The notes beneath the pieces are model-generated. The model had not been told where the DNA came from, searched no databases, and saw only the letters and a list, made by a program, of their open reading frames with translations. From Candidatus Heimdallarchaeota archaeon (GTDB lineage: Archaea > Asgardarchaeota > Heimdallarchaeia > JABLTI01): a stretch of DNA of 64,000 nucleotides. Position numbers and translations under genes: made by a program. The stretch is taken from assembly GCA_019058275.1 (NCBI GenBank), contig JAHLVW010000015.1:93943-157942 (forward strand), given 5' to 3'. Below are positions 58,499-64,000 of this stretch, piece after piece (position 1 is the first letter of the stretch; the number at the start of each line of letters is the position of its first letter).

Positions 58499-59034
58499 TG
58501 GTAATCGAATTTAGAGAATTGACAAAAGAAGAAGAATCCATCTTCAAAGAATCATTAGATTATTGGCTAATTGATCCTACATTAATTGAAAATTTCAAGT
58601 TCATAATAGGGGAAGGAAATTGGAAAGAGGTTTTTGTTGCTACTGATGAGGTTATGGAATCATTAAGTAAACATTCGCAAATAACTCCATATAGTACTGG
58701 ACTTGGGATTGGTGAAATAAAAGAAGGAAAGTTCATTCTTTCATTAAGTGGGGGGAGTTTTATCTCAAAATACACAAATAAAAAAGCCGTTGTGAATGAG
58801 GAAGCAGAGCAACTATTTCTATATAAAAGAAATATATTAGGAAAATCAATTCATAAGATTCATGAATCAATTGAAGAAAAAGATAAAATCTTAGTTCTTA
58901 GTGAAAATAATGATTACTTAGGAATTGGTCAATTGTTAGTTGATAAATCGCTTTTAACAAAACTTGAATTTTCGGAAAAGAATGTATTAAAAAACATAAT
59001 AGATTTGGGATGGTATCTTAGAAAAGGAAAGTGA
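58498..59034 (+). CDS. nip7: Nip7-like PUA-domain ribosome biogenesis protein
   Basis: AEQLFLYKRNI..DLGWYLR; ATG overlaps the NOP2 stop (TAATG) after GGAGG. Confidence 0.85.
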   Translation: MVIEFRELTKEEESIFKESLDYWLIDPTLIENFKFIIGEGNWKEVFVATDEVMESLSKHSQITPYSTGLGIGEIKEGKFILSLSGGSFISKYTNKKAVVNEEAEQLFLYKRNILGKSIHKIHESIEEKDKILVLSENNDYLGIGQLLVDKSLLTKLEFSEKNVLKNIIDLGWYLRKGK

Positions 59035-59055
59035 AAAGGAATGAATAAAGGAATA

Positions 59056-59793
59056 TTAATCCTTGAAAGTAAATGAATCTATGAAGACAACTTCTTTACA
59101 ATCAGGAAAGTTTTTGTTAATGTCACTAGCAATTCGTAGTTTTCTAAATTGAATATAAGGATCCTTAGTTATTATTTCCTCAGGTATTGAAATAGAAACT
59201 TTGACTTTTTCATCCTTAATAGTAAATGTACTCAAATCGATTCCAGGTAAACGATAATCCATAAGTGCTTCTAGCTTTTTCTTTGAACCTGAAATTTTCT
59301 CATTGATTTTAATATCATACACAATAGTTTGACCAACAAGTGGATGGTTGAAATCTACTCGAACCCTTCCTCCTACCATAGTTCGTATGACACCATTTTG
59401 ATTACCCCATGTAATTTGCTTGCCAACTTCCGGGATAATATTTTTTGCTACAAGTTCTTTTCTTCCTAGCAGCTTAATTTTTGTTGGATCTCTTTGACCA
59501 AAAGTATCTTCTGGGGGAATTGAAACTTTGAATTTGGTTCCGATTTCTTTTCCAATAACAGCTTCATTAAGTTTATGAAGATACATTTCTTCGTTACCAA
59601 CGATCATTAAACGAAGTCCATAACTATTCTTTTCATCAAAGATACCAGACTTTTTAGCAACATTTTCACTTGTTGTTTCAATAACCTGGTTAGTGCCTTT
59701 TACCTTCAAGGTAAATGATATTTTAAGGAAGTCACCCTTCTTTACTTTAGCCATTTTTCTATATCCTACTGGATTTTTATTGACAGTCTTCAC
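59056..59793 (-). CDS. FKBP-type peptidyl-prolyl isomerase (long archaeal SlyD-like)
   Basis: IPPEDTFGQRD, GGRVRVDFNHPLVG. Confidence 0.9.
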   Translation of the reverse strand: MKTVNKNPVGYRKMAKVKKGDFLKISFTLKVKGTNQVIETTSENVAKKSGIFDEKNSYGLRLMIVGNEEMYLHKLNEAVIGKEIGTKFKVSIPPEDTFGQRDPTKIKLLGRKELVAKNIIPEVGKQITWGNQNGVIRTMVGGRVRVDFNHPLVGQTIVYDIKINEKISGSKKKLEALMDYRLPGIDLSTFTIKDEKVKVSISIPEEIITKDPYIQFRKLRIASDINKNFPDCKEVVFIDSFTFKD

Positions 59794-59898
59794 TGTATTA
59801 TTTTTTGATTACCCATGATTAAAATTGCATTCAAAAGATTTTTGTTGAATCGACTATTAAGAGAATGGTTTTGACTTAATTATAGTGTAATTTCGTTA

Positions 59899-60876
59899 TC
59901 AGATGTTAGTCAAAGCAAAGTGTATGTATGTTCGATACTCTTTTTTGTTAGTCTCCAAAGGGGTGCCATCAAAACTACTAACTATCTTCTCGAAGATAGC
60001 TTCATTAATTGGGCCCAAGCCAACAGCTGTTTTTGTTCCTGGAGCAATTTGGGTTTTTCCAACATCTCTAATTAAGGAGTAATTTATCTTCAGTTTTTGA
60101 GCTTGACGATAGATACTTAGCAAATTGCTTTCATCTTTAACTGTCCATATTTCAATTGGTCTTTGTTCAAAATCCCATCTTTTACCTCTCTCAGGAAGTA
60201 AACTTACAATTGCATGTGCTGTTTGTGCACTAAATTTACCTTTACCCAAACGCAGATCTTTTCTTAAAATTACACCAACCATCTGTTTAGACATTCTTTC
60301 TAGTTGAAAGAAATTTACTGCCAAGATCTTGTTGCTTTGCCAATAAGATTCAATGCTATCCTTATTCCACCAACCCTTTAATTGAGGTTTAAGAATCAAC
60401 TTAGGTTTATAGAAAGTTACTTGCCCAGTGGAAAGTATGAATCCTTCACTATTTTCCCCTCTTATCTCCAACAATTGCTTGCCTTTGAATTCTTTATCTA
60501 ATTTCTTTAATGCACTACGTATTGCGATATCATGCAAATGAACAGCTTGAGTTTCTTGAATAGTATAATCTAAACCTGAATCTATATTGGAGGGATTGGT
60601 GTCATAAACATCAGCAGCATAAGTTACTAACCACTCGAGAATCTCTTTGTTATTCTTAAGAAATTCAAAATAACTATTTTCAAAGTGCACTAGAGCTTCT
60701 TCTCGAGACAGTATTTTGTTGTCAAACAGGTGAGCAATTTCCCAGTTATCCTTCCTGAATTTCTCCGTTAGTTCTTTTCGTCTAATGCTCCTCTTTTTTC
60801 CTGCATATCCGGGTCGTCCAAGAATAACCCTATTGTTTACTACTTTGAAGGTATTGTTCAATTGCATAGTCCTCAA
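59899..60876 (-). CDS. Peptidyl-tRNA hydrolase 2 domain fused to an unknown ~195-aa N-terminal domain
   Basis: C-term ILRKDLRLGKGKFSAQTAHA..IRDVGKTQIAPGTKTAVGLGP. Confidence 0.8.
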   Translation of the reverse strand: MRTMQLNNTFKVVNNRVILGRPGYAGKKRSIRRKELTEKFRKDNWEIAHLFDNKILSREEALVHFENSYFEFLKNNKEILEWLVTYAADVYDTNPSNIDSGLDYTIQETQAVHLHDIAIRSALKKLDKEFKGKQLLEIRGENSEGFILSTGQVTFYKPKLILKPQLKGWWNKDSIESYWQSNKILAVNFFQLERMSKQMVGVILRKDLRLGKGKFSAQTAHAIVSLLPERGKRWDFEQRPIEIWTVKDESNLLSIYRQAQKLKINYSLIRDVGKTQIAPGTKTAVGLGPINEAIFEKIVSSFDGTPLETNKKEYRTYIHFALTNI

Positions 60877-61023
60877 GCTTTCAAAATATCATCTTGATTA
60901 TTACTTTATATTTCCTTTTAAGATGTCTAATTCTAAATTTATATGAGATGTTGTCAATGGGGAATCAAAAAGTATTTGTAACGTATTATGGTCATTCTAT
61001 TATCATTTATTGTGTGATGTTAA

Positions 61024-62931
61024 ATGAAGTTGAAAATCAAAAGCAGTTCTTTTATTGATGAAAAGAACCGTTCAGTTCTATTACGTGGTGTGAATTTAGG
61101 TGGAAGTACAAAGGTTCCAGTAAATCCAAATGGTGCTACTCATCTCAAAACTGATTTCTCTGATCATCGTGATGTTTCATTTATTGGTCACCCATTTCCA
61201 TTAGATGAAGCTGATGAGCATTATTCTAGATTGAAGAATTGGGGTTATAATTGTTTGAGATTTTTAACTACTTGGGAAGCAATAGAACATAAAGGTCCAG
61301 GGAATTATGATATGGAGTATCTAAAGTACCTACGAAAACTTCTTGAAAAAGCAAATGATTACGAATTTTATTGTTTCATAGATCCACATCAAGATGTTTG
61401 GAGCAGGATGACTGGCGGAGATGGAGCACCAGGTTGGACCTTTGAAAAAGTTGGACTAGACTTTACGAAGTTCAATGAGACTGAAGCAGCTCTACTTATG
61501 CAAGAGAAATATCCTGATGAGTATCCATTAATGATATGGTCTTCAAATTACTATCTTTTTGCTACATCTACAATGTTTACTCTCTTTTTTGGTGGAAATG
61601 AATTTGCACCAGGATTCACCATAGAGAAAAAAACAATCCAAGATTATTTACAAGAACACTTCATAAATTCAATGAAAGAAGTTACTAAAATTTGTAAGGA
61701 CTTGCCATATATTATTGGTTATGACATTTGGAATGAACCAAATAAAGGATTCATTGGTAATGAGGATTTATCAAAAGCATATGAGCTAACATGGGGTTTA
61801 CGGTTTAGTGGATTTGAAGCAATGGCAACAGCTTCAGGTTATTCTATGAATATTCCATATTATGAAATTAAAGGTATTAGTATGAAACATACAAAAACTA
61901 AGCTAGTTAACCCAAGAAATATTTCATGTTGGTTGCCAGATGCTAAAGATATATGGAAGGAATTAGGAATTTATGAAGATGATACTAATGGAAATCCAGT
62001 GTTAAGGAAGCCACATTACTTTTCAAAGGGAGAAAAAACTAACTTCTTCTGGAACCACTTAAAAACATTTATCAATAGATATGCAAAAGCTATGCAAACC
62101 ATCGATGAAGATGCAATGATTTTTATTGAATCAGATCCCTTTGAAATTCTCTCTAGTACTAGTACTTCTATTCAAAAAAGTGATTGTGTGTGGAGGGTAA
62201 GTGATGCAAAAAATATTGTTAATGGATCTCATTGGTATGATGGTATAACACTTTATATGAGAAAATTCATCAAGCATTTCAATGTGGACACACAAACGCG
62301 AAAACCTGCATTTCTTTATAGAAATGTAAAGAAGCTATTCATTAGGCAGCTAAACAACATCAAAGAATTTTCAAAGAAGTTAAATAATTGTCCAACATTG
62401 ATAGGAGAATTTGGCATACCATTCAACATGTATAACAAAAAAGCTTACAAAGATGGTAATTGGAAGAAACATATAGATGCTTTAACGCTTCATTTAGAGT
62501 GTATGGATGCTAATTTACTCCATTATACAATCTGGAATTATACAGCAGATAATTGCAATGAATGGGGAGATTTGTGGAACCTAGAAGATTTGTCAATTTT
62601 TAGTCGAGATCAACAATCGAGCCCTGAAGATTTAAACAGCGGTGGTCGAGCCATTGAAGGTTTCTGTAGACCTTTTGCAGTACATACAGCAGGCAAAATT
62701 ATTTCAATGTCATTTAATAGAAAGAGAGGAATATTTGTTTTAGAATACGAAAATAATTCAAAAATTAAGGAGCCAACTATTATCTATCTTCCAGATATAC
62801 AATATCCTAACAATATTGAAGTTAAGGGTACAATTGAAAATTATGAATGGAAACGTGAAAAACAAATATTAAACATCTATAATGAAAATGATGGCTATCA
62901 AAAAATTGAGATTTGGAGAAGTAACAGATGA
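61024..62931 (+). CDS. GH5 endoglycoceramidase-related glycosidase with GH5_C domain
   Basis: LRGVNLGG..KVP, TWEAIEH.GPG.YD, DPHQDVWSR.TGGDGAP, WNEP acid/base, IGEFG nucleophile, WNY..DN..WGD.WN.EDLSIFS. Confidence 0.88.
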   Translation: MKLKIKSSSFIDEKNRSVLLRGVNLGGSTKVPVNPNGATHLKTDFSDHRDVSFIGHPFPLDEADEHYSRLKNWGYNCLRFLTTWEAIEHKGPGNYDMEYLKYLRKLLEKANDYEFYCFIDPHQDVWSRMTGGDGAPGWTFEKVGLDFTKFNETEAALLMQEKYPDEYPLMIWSSNYYLFATSTMFTLFFGGNEFAPGFTIEKKTIQDYLQEHFINSMKEVTKICKDLPYIIGYDIWNEPNKGFIGNEDLSKAYELTWGLRFSGFEAMATASGYSMNIPYYEIKGISMKHTKTKLVNPRNISCWLPDAKDIWKELGIYEDDTNGNPVLRKPHYFSKGEKTNFFWNHLKTFINRYAKAMQTIDEDAMIFIESDPFEILSSTSTSIQKSDCVWRVSDAKNIVNGSHWYDGITLYMRKFIKHFNVDTQTRKPAFLYRNVKKLFIRQLNNIKEFSKKLNNCPTLIGEFGIPFNMYNKKAYKDGNWKKHIDALTLHLECMDANLLHYTIWNYTADNCNEWGDLWNLEDLSIFSRDQQSSPEDLNSGGRAIEGFCRPFAVHTAGKIISMSFNRKRGIFVLEYENNSKIKEPTIIYLPDIQYPNNIEVKGTIENYEWKREKQILNIYNENDGYQKIEIWRSNR

Positions 62932-63362
62932 AACAATTTTATGTAGGTGTTGGAGCATTAGTCGAAAAAGATGACAAATATCTTGTTTTAAAAAGATCCC
63001 CCGATAAGGATGTAGGAGCAAATTTATGGGAGATCGTAACAGGTCGCTTAGAAAAAGATGAGAATCCAATGGATGGAGCTATTAGAGAAGTTAAAGAAGA
63101 AGTGGAATTAGAGGTAGAGGTAATCATGCCGTTAGATACGGGATTTTTCTATCGAGGTGGTATAGAATTTCCAATGGTTTTCATTGTATTTTGGTGTCGT
63201 TATAAAAGTGGTAACGTGAAAATTTCTTGGGAACATAGTGAATATAAATGGATTACTTTGGAAGAAGCAATTAATGATCCTGAGCTTGCACTATATACAG
63301 CAAGATTTGAAATGGTTAGAAAATTAAAAGGTTACTTACCTGAAAACTTCAAATTAGATTGA
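62928..63362 (+). CDS. NUDIX hydrolase
   Basis: GRLEKDENPMDGAIREVKEEVEL Nudix box, SWEHSEYKW. Confidence 0.92.
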   Translation: MKQFYVGVGALVEKDDKYLVLKRSPDKDVGANLWEIVTGRLEKDENPMDGAIREVKEEVELEVEVIMPLDTGFFYRGGIEFPMVFIVFWCRYKSGNVKISWEHSEYKWITLEEAINDPELALYTARFEMVRKLKGYLPENFKLD

Positions 63363-63370
63363 TGTAGAAG

Positions 63371-63664
63371 TTAAATGGTTGGCGGATGTCTTTGCAATTC
63401 TTGTTCTTTAGACATGACTTTCAATTGCTCTTTTGAATATTTCACCTTTACATTCCCATCTGTTTGCAATTGAGCATCCCTAGTTCTTACTTTGACTTTG
63501 ACTTTAGGACCAATTTTGATTCGCTTATCAAGTTCTATCTCAATAAAATTAACTGAAATTTTATTATAGTGTTCTCTGATTACTTCTGTAATTGTACCAG
63601 CTCTAATTCCATTTGAGTCAAAGACTAATTTTGATTTCAACATATCTGGTGTAATTTTACTCAT
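63371..63664 (-). CDS. PRC-barrel domain protein
   Basis: LKSKLVFDSNGIRAGTITEV pattern. Confidence 0.7.
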   Translation of the reverse strand: MSKITPDMLKSKLVFDSNGIRAGTITEVIREHYNKISVNFIEIELDKRIKIGPKVKVKVRTRDAQLQTDGNVKVKYSKEQLKVMSKEQELQRHPPTI

Positions 63665-63781
63665 AGTGAATATCTCCTATTGGATTAAGTGTTTTTCATA
63701 TGTCAAGTGTATTGTTTGTATAATTGAGTAGTTATAATATCTTTTGACTAATTAAAAAAATATGCAAAGTGGCAAATCTTG

Positions 63782-64000
63782 CTATATAGCAAACGCAAAA
63801 GCAATTGTAAAGAATAAAATAAGGGTTGATGATACAAGATTCGAAAGTGCTGCAATGATAGGAACTGCGAAATTATCTGGATCAAAGCCTTTCTTAAAAC
63901 CAAAGATCATCAGTATGAAAGCTATAGATTGGACAACTAGAAATCCAAATATGTTTATCATTAAAGATATACCAAGGACTAATCCTATTTTCTGAAAATC
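63782..64000 (-). CDS. MgtE-like divalent cation transporter, C-terminal part (5' end outside window)
   Basis: Minus frame reads ..FKKGFDPDNFAVPIIAALSNLVSS.., an MgtE/SLC41 DPDN motif; not in the ORF track. Confidence 0.7.
   Translation of the reverse strand, partial: DFQKIGLVLGISLMINIFGFLVVQSIAFILMIFGFKKGFDPDNFAVPIIAALSNLVSSTLILFFTIAFAFAI

Noticed and set aside
63762-63995. Plus-strand 77-aa ORF
   Set aside because: Shadow of the minus-strand MgtE-like C-terminus

Overview
AT-rich archaeal chromosome segment, most consistent with an Asgard archaeon (Heimdallarchaeia-like). Support: TFE, archaeal-type ThrRS, deoxyhypusine synthase, HTH-riboflavin kinase and Nip7/NOP2, plus eukaryote-signature-like proteins (ZnF-RING, Arf-like GTPase fused to a roadblock/longin-like domain, membrane-anchored polyproline protein). 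Main contents: (1) two FtsX/MacB-type ABC permeases, each next to a surface protein with a TSP3 calcium-repeat stalk; (2) a TrmB-like protein split by about 500 aa of helix with hendecad periodicity; (3) a tRNA-Cys(GCA) with two BHB-type introns (37/38 and 53/54); (4) a structured intergenic element of about 155 nt with alternative pairings; (5) a compact candidate regulon at 33.6-36.9 kb, made of a bZIP-like regulator, five copies of a TTTYGT-N6-AYRAAA palindrome and two secreted paralogs that look like circularly permuted SBP family-5 domains and appear to start at ATT; (6) three adjacent pseudogenes; (7) a tightly coupled 13-gene korDABC-hdrA-mvhDGA-protease-hdrCB-tfrBA operon, a candidate H2-driven bifurcating fumarate/ferredoxin module; (8) an 11-copy 9-bp ATGTA array upstream of that operon. 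No CRISPR array, rRNA, transposase or integrase was seen. All assignments are by eye from motifs; no searches were run.
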